Shown here: positions 24,733 to 38,929 of the stretch, piece by piece
How positions within the stretch are numbered: position 1 is the first letter of the stretch
Layout of the letters: each line of letters begins with the position of its first letter
From: Lama glama
Taxonomy: Eukaryota
Direction: 5' to 3'
Assembly (NCBI GenBank): GCA_028534125.1
Contig: CM052816.1
Coordinates: forward strand, 41,852,001 to 41,916,000
Length of the DNA stretch: 64,000 bases
The notes under the pieces: generated by a model
Seen by the model: the letters and a program-made list of their open reading frames with translations, nothing else
Told to the model about the DNA's origin: nothing
The model's database searches: none
Position numbers and translations under genes: made by a program

Positions 24733-26039
24733 TGGTGACAGGGAGAAGTGGATTAATTCCAGAATTAATAAAAAGTATTATTCCTACTTGTGAGGAGGGA
24801 CTGTTTATCATTTTCAGTCCCAGGTTTCTGCAGAACCTGCTTCTACTGCAGGCCCTCCTGCCCGTGTGACCCCACTGCCCCCAGGATTCCCAGTCTTTGG
24901 TGGCCTGGTTGAAAATGATGGGCAAAACCAGTGAGAGTCTCCTCTCATTTTTTAGGATTATGAGAATTGAGACACCAAAATATTGAGTCAGTGAACATTG
25001 GGAACTTGATCTGAAAAGTCATATAACTATTGATAAATAAGAAGAAAAAACAAAACTAAGCAAAAAGACTGATCATCAGAGAGAGGAAAATGAAACAGAT
25101 TTACAGATTATGCCAGAGACAAGAATCTATTTTATATCCTGCTCTTAAATTACCAAATACCAAGTATATGTACAATAACCATACCATTTTGTACTTGAGC
25201 AAGTTAGGGTGAACTTTTACTTGAATTATTTTAGTTCATCTCCTCTCCTGCCCCTCGGCCACATAATTTGAGATTCATATGGTGCTAACAGTGTTGCACG
25301 ATGAGTTGGTTAGGGGCCTCTGAGGCTTTAACTGTTTTATCGCTTTGTTTACATCAGTCTCAACTTATGCATTTAAAAGTAAGGAAATATTATGCCCTTT
25401 TCATGATCATAGACTCAGAACTCCAGGTTTCTAGGTTTGAGGTTATTGGTTTCTTGGCTCCCTGGAAATCTTTATTTCCGTTTACAAAAAGGTTATGAGA
25501 CTGACCAAAGCAGATTCACTCAGCCTTTCAGAAGCCTTGCGACCAGACAGGAGGACATGTTTTAAGTTGATGTGTTATTCAAAACACATCATATTTTCCT
25601 AGGGGTTGCTGCCCTGGTTGTGGAATGGAACATGGGAAGTGATTGTTCCATTTGACAGTAAGAGGAGAAAGCATGAGGGATGCTCAGATTTAATGTTCAA
25701 ACTCTGGTCTTTTCAGAACAAATATGTTGCTACAATCTGAAGACCCTGAAGCTGGTAAATGGAACTGAAAGCATCATAGAGCTCCTTGTTGACACCACAT
25801 GGTCATAAACCCTTCAGACTCTGCAAAGAGGTCGTAAAGCAAATTGCTCCTTCACAAGTAAACCGATTAAATGGAGACAGAGCTTAGACATCTTGGAGCC
25901 TAATGAGGGTGTTTCAGGGAAATGATGCTCCTTTTCTAGAACAAATGATAAATTTTTGTTATGTGTGAGAAACAAGATTGCGCATAGGAATAAAGTCAAG
26001 GGACAGGGTGGACACTATATTCTATTTTCGGTTAATACT

Positions 26040-26390
26040 GGGCTGGAAATGAGGAGACTTGAAATTCCAAATCTGACATTAACTGGGTGACCTTAGGAAA
26101 GCAAACTAACCACTCTGCTTGTCTCATTTACAAATGAGAATGCCCATTCACTCAATAGACATACATTGAGTACATATTATTAGCCAGTTGCTTTCACATT
26201 TGTAATCTCACTTCACTGTCACTAGAATTCCATGAGGAAACCATTGTTATTCATTCATACTAATAAAGAATCTGATGCTCAGAGGGTTTAAGTGACTTAT
26301 CTGACATAGTAAGAGCTAAAGTGATAGTTGATAAGTGGTGGACACAGGATTCAACCCCAACTTTCCAAGTCCAGTGTTATTCCTGCTATG
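26040..26390. mobile_element. MIR fragments (two orientations)
   Basis: aactgggtgaccttaggaaagc...ctcatttacaaatgag on plus; aatctgatgctcagagggtttaagtgactt on minus. Confidence 0.65.
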
Positions 26391-26589
26391 GGAAGCTTCT
26401 CTCCTTATGATGCAATAGCATTTATTAACATATGTAATTATATTTACTAATGTTTGTTATCTCATAGGAGTTTTGGCCAATCTCCTGTGTGTATGCTTAT
26501 TCTCCTGTAAGTTCTTCAAAGGCAAAGATCCAAATGTTCATATCTTTGTTGCCTGCCTCCTCACTTCCCACAATACAGAATACTGATCT

Positions 26590-26890
26590 TCATTCATTGA
26601 TTCATCATTTGACAAAATACTAATCAAGTGCCTATTATGTGGCAGGCACTGTTCTAGGTACCTGGAAGTGCACAAAATAGATGATATCTCTGACCTTATT
26701 CAGTTATATTCTAGTGGAAGGAGAAGGAAATAAATAACAAGTAGCATAAGTCATGAGATATATTCAGAAGTGATGAAGGCAATAAAAAAGTAGAGCAGAT
26801 TAAGGGGGATTGGGAATGTGGCAAAAGGGTAAGTTTGCAATTTTAAAGAAGGTTATTAAGATAAGCTTCATTAACAGCTGCATATTTGTC
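26590..26890 (-). mobile_element. L2 3' fragment
   Basis: cattcattgattcatc...gtgcctattatgtggcaggcactgttctagg. Confidence 0.75.
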
Positions 26891-27684
26891 ACCTAAATTC
26901 ACTGGGGAGTGTCCTCTGACAACCTCAAGCCTCGGCTTTACTTGTGTACAAGGAAGAGATGGCACCAGGCTTTGGCCTTAACCCCAAATTCACTGACATG
27001 CATTCATTTCCCAGCAGAGAACTTTAGATCAATATCTTCCATATTAATCTACAGAACCACAGGGGTAAAAAGTGGAAGTGGCCAAGGCATAGCTTGAATT
27101 TATGTCATGCCCTTTAAAACAGACAGCTAGGCATTGAGGCATAGGGCTTAAGGTAATGCTGACCTTAGCTAGGAAAAACACGAGTCTATGAGCCTCACAG
27201 ATGTGTAATCAAAAGTAAAGTAACTGGCTACAAGGGATTTTACACATCTGTCGCTAAATCAGAACCCTAAAGGGCAAATGCTGCTCTAAAGAACATTAGC
27301 CAGATTTGTGGTGCTGACTCAAGGAGTTTGGGTCTATAAACCAGTGCATACATTACAAGGAGACATCAGTATGACAGTTTTTCATTGGTGACAGTCATAA
27401 TCTTGTTTCAGTCTGGTTTTCTAGTTGATATTCAATGGGAAGATGTTGGATTGGCTGCACTGTCATCAGGAATCATTTTGTTTTTACTTTATACTTTTTT
27501 TATTTTTTACTTTCTTTTTATTTTTTTCCCCAACAGCTTGTAACACTTTGTTCTTTGTCCCTATTTTTCATATATTATCTGCTGTTCTTTTCTTATCTTT
27601 TCCTACCTTTTAAAAGTTATCTGCTTTCTTTCTGGCTTTGCTTTTTAGTTTTCATCACTGTTCCTCCCTTCCTTTTTCCTCACC

Positions 27685-28130
27685 TCAAATATTTATCATG
27701 CATCTACCATGTACTGGGCCAGGCATTGTGCTGTGTGCTGTGTGACAGTGGTAGAAAACAGAGAATCCTCCCTTATGGACCATGCTGTCTATTGTACAAG
27801 ATGACATTATACTTGTAAACTCACAAATCAATCTATATTGAATAACTATGGAAATTTTTATAATGAAAAAAGAGGAGGCTATAAATGAGAATAACTGGGA
27901 CTTGTCATACACCAGGTGGTAGAGAAGGCCTCGCTGACAGAAATGTTGTGCTGAGACTGGAAGGATGGGAAGGATCTATCCAGGCAATGTCAGGCAGGAG
28001 CCCTCCAGAGAGAGGGAACAGTGGGAAGAAAAATCCTGGGGATGGCCAGAGCTTGGAGCATAAGAAGCTGTTCAAAGACCGTTGTGGCTGGATCACATTG
28101 TGGGAGCAGAGCATGGCGTAGGGAGATGGG
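27685..28130 (-). mobile_element. L2 3' fragment
   Basis: caaatatttatcatgcatctaccatgtactgggccaggcattgtgct...gagactggaaggatgggaagga. Confidence 0.7.
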
Positions 28131-29482
28131 GAATTCCAGAGGCCTTTCTCCTTGTTTCTCCTCCTTTGCCTATATCCGTTTAGGTTGGATATGAATAAGG
28201 TGTTTATTTGAACATATCCTTTGATTTTTTAGGTTATTCTCTGGCCAAAATGTGTACATAACATATGTTTATATATTTATTTATAGATGAGACAGCTGGG
28301 TTATGTTTTAGTGATTGCATTTTGACCACCTGATTGTAAATGAGTGATGATGGAGTACTAAACACAATCAAATAGTTATGAGAAATAAAAAATGTCATAT
28401 ATCATGAATTAGATCATAACAGAATTCTCTGTAGTTACCAGCAACAAAACAAGTATGCAAATTTGGAAATACGTATGCATTCTTTCTGGATTTAACACTT
28501 CAGTTAAGTGGTTTTGCACAACTTATGAAGACATTTTATCCACAGTATGTCTTCTGAGCAGAATAAATTAGGAAGTGACATCATGTTGTGTTCCTTCCTA
28601 GAGACTGAGTTTAATTTACTTGAAGTTACTGAGAGAAGAAATAATTCTCTATTTATTGATTCCCTTTCTTAGAAAGTATTAAAAAATAAAACCAATAAAA
28701 TCTTCCATAATATAGCAAACATGATGTAAAAATATGATGCAAAATAATTAGATTTGATATTTGGATACCTATTATGTGCTACATTTGTGTTTTCTAACAA
28801 AGGAAGTATCAAAAAGCCTAGGTAGTCACAGGACATAGGATGGGTTTGAGGGTCCCATGTGCTTATCATAATTGATTATTATCTCTAAGAATAAGAGATA
28901 ATGCAGATCAGAACCAAGCTGTTGTCATAGGAATGGGGATAATATTAAGGAAAGAGGGCTCAGTGACTGATTTGATATGGTGGATTAAGGAGAGGGAAAA
29001 ACTGAGAATAATGTTTGTGGTTCTGTTTTACATGATTCATTGTAAAACAGGCAAGAGAAGGTTAGGTTTATTCGGAAGGCAGGGAGCTGTGTGGTGAACT
29101 TGGTGGACTTCATCTGTCTATTGGATATCTAGAGAAAGACCTTGAGATGGAAGCTAAATTTATAAACCTGGTGATTGAAGAAAATGTCTAGGCTCAAGTA
29201 AGGAATGTGAAAATCACTGGCATATAGGGAGATGTATCTGTCCAGAATTACAGAGGTGCAGTTTGGTGTAATGGAAAAATGCAATGGACAAAAAATTATA
29301 GTATAGACTTGAACACATCATTTAGTAACTGTACCATTTAGACATGTTACCTAGCTCAGTTCCTTTTAAATAATTCTCAGAATAACTCTCATCTTTCTTA
29401 AAAAGTTGTTGTAAGATTAAAATGTCAGTATAAGTGAAATATCTTTGAAAGTCATATGTATAAGGTAGGTGTGTTTGTTCAT

Positions 29483-29532
29483 TCGTTCATTCCTTCCTTC
29501 CTTTCTTCCTTCCTTCCTTCTTTCCTTTCTTC
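29483..29532. repeat. (TTCC)n simple repeat
   Basis: Direct reading. Confidence 0.85.
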
Positions 29533-32135
29533 TAGTCATCACTCATCTGTCTCTCTAGTATTCACAATGAGCAAGGGATCTTTGGGGCTGAGAGCAGGGG
29601 ACTGAGACTTGCCTAAAGGTGTCCTTGGAAATGTCCATCGGCTGAGTTCTAAAAATTTATCTTGAGAACCCAGGAGTTTCTCTTTCATATAACTGAGGGT
29701 CATCTGGAAAATGAATTTTGGAGAAGGTCTAGAGTACAACTGAAGACCTTTAATGGTTTCTTAAAGATCTCCCATATATTCAACCAATATAGAACTAATT
29801 ATATTACTTTCCTACTCTGAACTTTTAGAATCTTCCTTTCAATTTATTACAACTTCTCCAACTGGTATTTGGTGATCACTCCTTTCTGGTCTACTTTTCT
29901 ATACCTATCTATACTTTTACTAAACAGAAATCATTACTATTAAGCAATTAAGCTTTGTTTTTGATTTCCTTTTTCTTTTCTCCTGTCATGTCCTTCTCTC
30001 CAACTTTGCCTCTTAAAATGCTGCCTAGTTTTAGAAACCATCTCTAATATTATCTTTTCCATGAGCTTTTAATGACCCACTCACTCTATTCTTATGAGCA
30101 TTATTTCATATCTCTCTTATATACTATCTTATTTGCATACTTGTGTTATACCTTTGCTAGTTTATGAGTTCCTTGAGGGTGTGGACGCCATCCTTTTGTT
30201 CTTCTATTGCTCCTAATCTGGCAGCTGGGATGTGAAACATCAGGGAATATTTGCTCAGTTAATTAGCCAAACAAATGTCACAAGGTGACAAATGGTCACA
30301 TCTAGGATCAGGAAAAGCATATCCTGCATCTGTGGGTTTATACTTACATAATTGAGTCTGTTTTACAAAAAGAGTCAAAAATAATTTTAAAACTTAATTT
30401 TAAAAGAAAGAAAGAAAATTCTTCAAAATAATTAGAGGCATTGTGCAATGGAGCACACTTGGCTCTAAAGAGTATTTTAAAAAGTGCAAGTAATCCTGTG
30501 AGAATTACTAAAAGTTCTGTTTTCTTTTCAAAGCTCTCTGACAAGATATGTGGTGAAAAACAGCAAGAATCCTAGTAGCCCAGGATTTTACTCGTAACAA
30601 TTTCTTCTTTCCAAGTTGGATTCTGAATCATTCTTGCCTACTGTCATAAGTATTTTGTTCTATGTACAATGATGTGTTGAAGTGACTTGAAGAACTAAAA
30701 CAAACATTTTAGGTTTAGGGTATCTATGCCTCTTTGTTCCTTTTTCCCTGAAGGATTTTCATTGCTTCTATTTAGTACTTCATAAATACATGGGCATGGT
30801 CTGGCTGCTGCTGACAGGGGTAGGATTTTCTATGTGGATTGACAATGTTCTGTCCTGGAATGGCCCTATCAGCCAGCAGCATCAGTTTTGATCTGCTGAA
30901 TCACTTATAGCCAATATTTCCTGCTGTGTACACTATCATCTTTTTCTTGAAATTTCCGAGTCTGTGAGTCACTCTTCAAATTTATTGAATGGCTTCTGCC
31001 AACAGAATAAGAGGCACTGTAGCAGGAACTATGAAATGTGTTCAGAGAATGAAGGACTGTGCATACATCATGTATTAGATTATAAATGGAAGAAAATCAT
31101 CAACCTCCCATTGCTAGAATAGTAAAGTCAGGTACTTGCCAGTTCAAAAGCCCTCTTCTGGGAAGCCTCAAACCGCCTGTTTCATATCTAGGTGCTTTAT
31201 GATGCATTCCTAATGAAAGTGTTGACATAATCTGCACCTCATATCTCCACCGCCTTGGACCCAGAGTAGACCGGACCCAAATCCCATCACCTATTGACTG
31301 GTTAATGGCCTATTGTTGCTCAGAATGACCTCAGGGGGAGTGTCAGCATCCTATATTGTATGTCAGTTAGTTGAGTCAGACCCAAACTCAGGGAATTTAA
31401 ACAGGCAATAAGTCAGGAAAAGCAGAAATAATAGATGGAGGGATGGGGGCTGGCTAAGTCACCAAGGTAGAGCTTGAGTAGAGAGTAGTCAGTGTCTATT
31501 GTGAGAAGGCAATCAACCATTTGAGTTTATATTTAGACACTGAAACTGCTAATAGACTTCAGGAAATATTTTTTTGGGTAGAATTCTGAGACATCATTTC
31601 CTCATTCTCTCAGAGGATCCCTGAGATCCGGGTAGGGCAGGATCAAACTCATTAAGGCATTTTATTATTTCCTCCTTCCTTGTTTACCTTCCCACGCCTG
31701 CATAGTTCTTGCTGAGCTCACCCCCCAAATGCGCTACCTATCTTAGTGCCAGCTTTGTGAGGAGTTTAAACCAACATGTTCTCCTAAAATTGTGCTATTC
31801 CTCTTTGGGGAAGTAAAAATACAGGGACTAGTGTAGGACATGGTCATTCGAATGGATGTTAATCCTATCACCTTATAGCACTGCCATTCTTAACAGAAAC
31901 TTCCTAGGCAGAAAACTAAAGAATGTAAAGCACTTCTAGCGGTGACTGTTTTGGCTAACACTCCTATCAGGCCTCTTGAATTAACCAAGAGAATTATCAT
32001 GTGTTAAAATATTATTTAGCTCTTAAATACTAAGATTAGTTAATAAAGTCATAATTTTTATTAAAATGGACAAGGATTCTATGCATGAAGTCTTTTAGGA
32101 GGGATAATTTGACTTACTTCCTGGATTTTACTGTT

Positions 32136-32542
32136 TTTTTTTAACATTTTTTATTGATTTATAATCATTTTACAATGTTGTGTCAAATTCCAGTGTTCAG
32201 CACAATTTTTCAGTCATTCATGAACATATACACACTCNNNNNNNNNNNNNNNNNNNNNNNNNNNNNNNNNNNNNNNNNNNNNNNNNNNNNNNNNNNNNNN
32301 NNNNNNNNNNNNNNNNNNNNNNNNNNNNNNNNNNNNNGCATCCATGTTGCTGCAAATGGCGTTATGTTGTCGGTTTTTATGGCTGAGTAGTATTCCATTG
32401 TATAAATATACCACATCTTCTTTATCCAGTCACCTGTTGATGGACATTTAGGCTGTTTCCATGTTTTGGCTATTGTAAATAGTGCTGCTATGAACATTGG
32501 GGTGCAGGTGTCATCCTGAAGTAGATTTCCTTCTGGATACAA
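32136..32542 (-). mobile_element. Young lineage-specific L1 3' end with perfect 13-bp TSD; contains a 100-N gap (32238-32337)
   Basis: TSD ggattttactgtt at 32123-32135 and 32543-32555. Open ORF2 C-terminal frame CTPMFIAALFTIAKTWKQPKCPS...WIKKMWYIYTMEYYSAIK. Confidence 0.93.
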
Positions 32543-35500
32543 GGATTTTACTGTTGATTAGTTATTCAGTTGCAATCTATTTTCTTTAGAAAAACCTTCA
32601 GTCTAGGATTTAACAAAACATTTCAAGTCAGTTATGTTGAATTTTTTCCCCAAAATAATAAAATCCATAAAATATAGAAACCAATTAACAAGTGTTGTGT
32701 TTTTATTAATCAAATAACCTGAAGGCAAAACAATGATGATTGAGTTTACAAGTCTCCACATTTACATGAGGAGTAGCTCCTACAACCTGCAGTAGACAGG
32801 GGGACTCAAAATGTGTGGGTAAATAGACAGAGGACCCCACGGAATGGATATTTAAGGTAGGCTGGAAAACTTCTGCAGAGAAAGTTAACTGGGAAAGCCA
32901 AATCTGTTTTCTAAACAGTAAGTTGTATAATACTTTGGACATTTTTTTTATTCCACATAGTAAAATTCTCTGTAAGGTAGACCTGTCATTTAGAGCTATA
33001 CATGATCATGTCTAAAGTTTTCATAGTATGAAAAAAAAATGTGCAAAATATAAGCATTCTCAGTAGTTAAGATGTAGATATGACAGATCATTTGCAGGCT
33101 TTAGAATAAAAGTTGATTTCTCATTTTGCTTTAATTATGGCTAAAGGCTAGGAATCTTAGTTTTACTTTTTCTCACCAATGACAGCTAATGGATCATTGA
33201 TCAAGTTCAACAATTCATACATTAATAGTAGGTCCAATAGAAACATTATACACTTTTTTGGGAAATTAAAATCAGAACAGTATTTTCATTCAGGTTCCAG
33301 AGCTGCTTTGTGCCAAAAGTGTGTCCTGCCTATCTTGCCGAGTCTTTGTCTATCTCTGTCTGTCCTTGCTCGTGTTGCTTTCATTGTCTTCAGCTCAGTG
33401 AGGTGTCAGCACATTCATTTTCAAAGAGAATTATATGGTGCATTCCTCTAAGCCCTCTCTCTAACATAGCCGACTTCTAGCTGTAAGTGACTTTAACAGG
33501 GGAAATGTGTCTTTATTCGTTTGTGGAGTCACAGGATCTGTATAATGAAAGCTCTGGCATTATGGTCCAGGTAGGTCTCGTTGTTCTCACACAATTCTCC
33601 TGTTATCAACTTAATTGATCCTACTCTTGACAGAAGGCAATTTGTGTCTGCCCAGCACAAAGGGAGACAACCAATAAAAGGCTATACTCTTTAGGGTCAA
33701 GTTATACACTTTCACAGGGCTGCTGTCACATAGATTTATATCCTTTAGCATTATGTAGGGAGTGGGGAAAAAAAGATAAGGTAAGATAGAACTGTTTTCT
33801 CAGTGGGCCAATTAGATGAGGAGGTTGGATGTGAAAAAGTGGACAAGTTGAATCTCTTAGGTACAGACTACCTAAAATGCAATTTAACACCTATAACACA
33901 TAGAATTATCATTAATTCATGAGTAATGATCAGGGGGAAAATTCACTTTAATGCTTAGAAAGAGTAATGTGGTGTTGTAGAGTTTGTGTAAAAATGTTTC
34001 ATATGTGTGCAGTAAGCCTAATATATCATCCTTTTTGATGGGGAGGAGAAAAAAGTTGCGATTAATATTTGCTTTATGTACAATGTAAGGACTGGATTTT
34101 TCATAAAGGAAAATAAGACTTGAGATATTTAAAACTTTTTTTCTTAGATGATTAACATTTTGGCACTGAAACAAAGCAAAAAAAAAAAAAAAAAGAGAGA
34201 GAGAGAAAGAAAAAGAAAAACAATGCCAAAACAAAAAACAAAGCAACAAACAAAACACTGAATGACCTGATAAGCCAAAGTTGGACAGATGAGAAATTTG
34301 AACTCTTGGAGCCACAGCAACTTCATATGCACCTGATACTCACAAATGCACAAACACACACAGATGCACACACTCACGTGAACAAGAGTCACCAAGAGCC
34401 TTTGATGCTATAAAACAATAGATTTCTGGCATGCAAAGCTCATGTGTAAAAGGATATACACTTTTATGGAAAAATCATTGCCTTGTATCTTTTAAATTTT
34501 AATTACTCAAGAAGGAAATCAGTCTTGTTTGAGGATCATTTTCTGCTTGTTAGTGTGTTTGTTCTGGCATTCCTCTGGGTAGCTTTTCATCAGAGGGATT
34601 TGTCTGGATACTTCCCATGAGTTTTTCAATTCTACACACCTATCTTTGGAATTTTGATTAATCTTTGCACGACTTAGAGGTGATCTTAATTTAAAACTGA
34701 ATAGAATTAGAGATAGGCAATTCTTGCAAATTTGAAGTTAAGACTTCTCATCTTAGGACTACACTAGTGTAGGATATTATGTCTATCTAAAAAGAGTTTT
34801 TAATAACTTCTGTTACAAGTTGCGGACCAATTTCAAGCGACTCACTGATTCTCTTTTTCTTTATCATTTCACTACATGCTTCGTCCCATTTTACACAGAT
34901 TGAGCACTCATAATGGACACCCTTTGTGGCGATGGATAAAATATAAATTATAGTACCTGACCATAAAAAACTTAAAATCACTTACTTCAGTGTATTTCTC
35001 CCTGCAAGGAATGTGTATGTCAGTTAAAGAACTGGAAATGAAATTGAAGATAGGGAAGGAATCTCTTCTGGTTTTTAGTAAAGAAAGGTTGCTTTCTAAG
35101 ACTAAGATTTAAATTTAAAGTATTTATGAATGGAAATGTACACCTAAGTATCTTCCAATACTTAGTTCTTCACTTAATGTAAGAATCCTTGATTATACAT
35201 CGAACATCTGAAGAAGCAGTCAATTCAACTTTACCCAGCATCAATGTATCTGTGCTAAATAAACTGACCTGAATGGAAAAATAATCTGTACCAGAAACAG
35301 ATGAAATCTGTGAAAATTTTCTACTCTGGTAATATTTCCTCTCAATTTTATAACCTTTCCAGGAATATCAGTTATGTTTTTAGTAAAAACCAGAAGTATA
35401 GAAGCAAGAAGACATTTCTTAAGATATATTCACAGGCATTTGGCAGAATGATATTTGCAATATTGACTTAAGCATTCCTCCCCCTCCTCTGATGTTTTCC

Positions 35501-38009
35501 AAATTGCTCTGTGACCTGCCCTTATTCCAGCAGCTAGACAATGAGGCATCCAATGTGTCAAGGCAGTCTTGTTACAGCAGAAAGCTGAGTATATGAGTCA
35601 AGTTTTTAATTTTTCTATTAAAAAATCAAATATAATAGAAAAATCTTTTGGAAAGATATAAGATAAATAAGATCCAGGTTTTGCCCGTGTCCCACTAACT
35701 ATATAAAGAATATCCATACTGGGGTGTGGTGGGGGAGAAGAAAGAGGGAGCAAAGAGCTCTCAGTCTCTTGTGGATTCCAGAAAAAGGGCCATGTATACT
35801 TTTTTCCATTCTCCACTCTCAGTTGTCAAATCAAAGAGAGGAGAAACATCCCCTATCCCCAGGTGGACTTGGTGAACTTAGAGAGTGGAATGGTCCTGTG
35901 CTCTTTTTTTCCAGGCAAATCCTAGGAAATAAAGGGCTCCCCAGCTTCTCTGCACCCCAAATGGTGCAGAAACATCTGTGTGAGTGTCTAGGTAAATGGG
36001 CCTGAAGCAGCCCACTAGAATATTCATGTGCCCCTGCAGAGCTCAGGGAGCAACAGAAATATTTTCTGAGTGGCAGAGAGCAGTGAGGCCATGATGGCAC
36101 AGAGAGCCAATGAAACTTCAAATACCTTGTTTTTCAAGACGAGGAGGCTATGACAGTTATGTGCATGAACTGAAGACAGAAGACTGCTTGAAACACAAAC
36201 ATCTAGCTGATTGCAAGGTATTATGCATATAGATGACAATGGAAGATGCCCAGTTTCTACCCACGTACTCCATAACCTATCTATATAGTTCCGAAAAAAT
36301 TAGCAACTAGCTCAGGGAAAAGATGAGAAGAGACACTGAAATGACAATGTTAGAGCCACTCAGTGATGTAGATGCTTTGAATACAAATTAAATTTAGTTA
36401 TAACAAAGGAAGTTACATTCCTTGAATGTCTTATTTGGTAGAATGTGATTGATATTCACTATGTATATTTTTAATATAACTCTTTATCTTGAATATGTCA
36501 TTGGTATTTCTATCTCTTGTAATAAATAGTTCTAAATATTTAAAACATCTAAATAGTGCTAAAGCTTTAATTAAATCAAATACCCAGGGAACTCGTGTTG
36601 CTCCTTTTTATTATGTATAGTGGTGATGAAATTCATTTAGTGAAAGATCTCTCACCACAATTTCTGGCAGCTGTAGTAGTTTGAACATTTTGCCAGATAT
36701 AACGCCTATCAGAACTGCAGACATCAGAACTTCAAAGGTTGTAGGATTGTAACTGAAACTCTCATGATCAATGAGATTTTTCAACCATTTTAATTGTCTC
36801 ACAATTATTTCACACTTTTATCAAAGTTTGTTAAGTATTTAAGAATTTATTTTCATTCCTGTAAAGAGAGAAATAAATATTTCTAGAAAGCAAGGAATGT
36901 ACAATGGATATCTTATCTATTTTTCTCTGTATATGATTTAAAAATCCTCAAACGTTAGGAAAGAGTAGAAGACAAAAACACAACTTATTATGCCCCATTT
37001 CTATGAATTAAATTACTCCAGAGAAACAATCTCAATATCCTCTCATAATGTCTGCTTTGCAAAAACACATCACCTTTCTTTAGGGACCACTCTTTGAAGG
37101 ATTGATGCTATTAGAAATTCTCAGAATGACCGTGAAGGATGTAGAAGGGAAGGAGCCTGCTCTCTGTTAATTATCTCCCTTGACCGGTCTGGTAATGCCG
37201 TCTTTCTCTTGATCATTCCATTATAGTGAAACCTTATTTCCTCTTAAAATTTTATTTATTTATTAATAATATATATATTTGTTAGAAAGAAACAACTACT
37301 GTGCTGAAGGCAAATTAACTTGACTCTTAAAAGTTTGATGAAGCTGCTCTTTACTCATAAATTTCCAATTGAATCAAAATTAGGTGAAATTAATTCTGCT
37401 TCCCTAGGTATTCATAGGCTTAATAAGATGAAGCATGACTAATTTTAGGGTGATAATCTAATTTGATATATGAGTAATGAGTAACTTTCTGCTGGTATAA
37501 ATTATAAAACACTTTAGTTATCTATTAGGTTAGTACTGAGAAAAATATATTTGGACAATATGAGTCATGTTATTGAAAATAATCATGATTAATCTGATTA
37601 CAAATAATTAAAATACATAAAGTTATGTATTTAAGTTCTTTGAGGAGACTTTTTGTTTGTTTGTTTGACCTGCTGCTTCTTAGTTACTCAGTCAGATTAT
37701 TTTTGTTACTTTTATTGAAGTGAATAAAGGCTCAAAAGGCATTTTTGCAACAAATAGCATGTTTCCTTAACCGTGGAGTTCATATTTTTTCAAGTGATGA
37801 CTCCTGGGCTTTGCTTCCTACAGTTCCTATTTCAGTAGGACCTGGTAGGAGGTGCTTCCAGGAACCTGGTTTATTGGGTTCGTTGGGCACATTCTTCTGT
37901 AGGATTCCTATAACAACATTTTGAGAAATATTAATGTAGAATCTCCTCAGTAATTACTCAGTCTTCTGTTTGTCATCTCAACCAAAAATATAATATATTC
38001 ACCATTAAC

Positions 38010-38852
38010 TGATTTTTTAAAACTTTGTATTTTAGAACAATTTTAGATTTACATAAAAATTCAGCGAGTAATTCCCATAAACCCTATACCTAGTTTCCCT
38101 TATTATTAACCTTTTGCATTACTGTAGTATATTTATCATAACCAATGAATCAGTAAAGATATATTAAGTAAGCCACACCTTTTCCTTTTTCTTTCTTCTC
38201 CTTATGTCCTTTTCCTGTTTGGAATCTTCTTTGGGATGCCATATTGTATTTAGTCATCATTCCCTTGGCTCTTCTTGGCTGCAGCAGTTTTCTTAAACTT
38301 TCCTTGTTTCCTTGTTTTTGTATTGTTTGTCTGTTTTCTTCAGTTACTCTTCTTTCCCCTTTTCATATTCTTTGAAAGGAAGTTTACACTTAAGATGTGA
38401 GGAATTATATTCTACCTCCTCAAGAGAGGAGTATTTACCTAAATGACTTCAATTCTGCATAGAATATTTATTTTTCTCCTGTTTATTTATTTAGTTAAGT
38501 ATTTATTCATCAGTGTGGACTCATGGAGTATTCATTTTACACTTTGGATTATAATTCATTACTACTTTATGTATTTTGTTGCTCAAATTTTTCCAGCTAT
38601 GGCCATTGGGAACTCTTCCCATTGGTTCCAGTGTCCCTTTTACATATGCCCATCATTTTGTTTGTTGTTTGTCTTACTGTTTATTCAATTTATTGGATTT
38701 AGCACTTCTTTACTTTCCATTACTACAGGATGGTCCTAGCTCATTTTGTTTCTTTCTTACTCAAGTTCCAGAACTAACCATTTCTTCAACGAATCCTGGT
38801 TCCTTTAATTGGATGGTAATATTAAAAACCAAGGTATGGGTGCTAGGTGCAC
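38010..38852 (-). mobile_element. L1MC-type 3' end fragment
   Basis: ttttagaacaattttagatttaca...gttgctcaaatttttccagctatggccattgggaactc...aaaaccaaggtatgggtgctagg. Confidence 0.8.
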
Positions 38853-38929
38853 AATTATCTTTTAAGAGAATAATAAATGATGTACGATGTTAACAAGATT
38901 AATTTATGACATTTAAAAATAGTCTAAAA

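Noticed and set aside
27425..27818. Hydrophobic 127-aa ORF
   Set aside because: T-rich low-complexity sequence running into an L2.
34787..34981. 64-aa minus-strand ORF with splice-like signals
   Set aside because: No recognisable protein, and its putative acceptor is only 29 nt from the microexon donor, too short for an intron.
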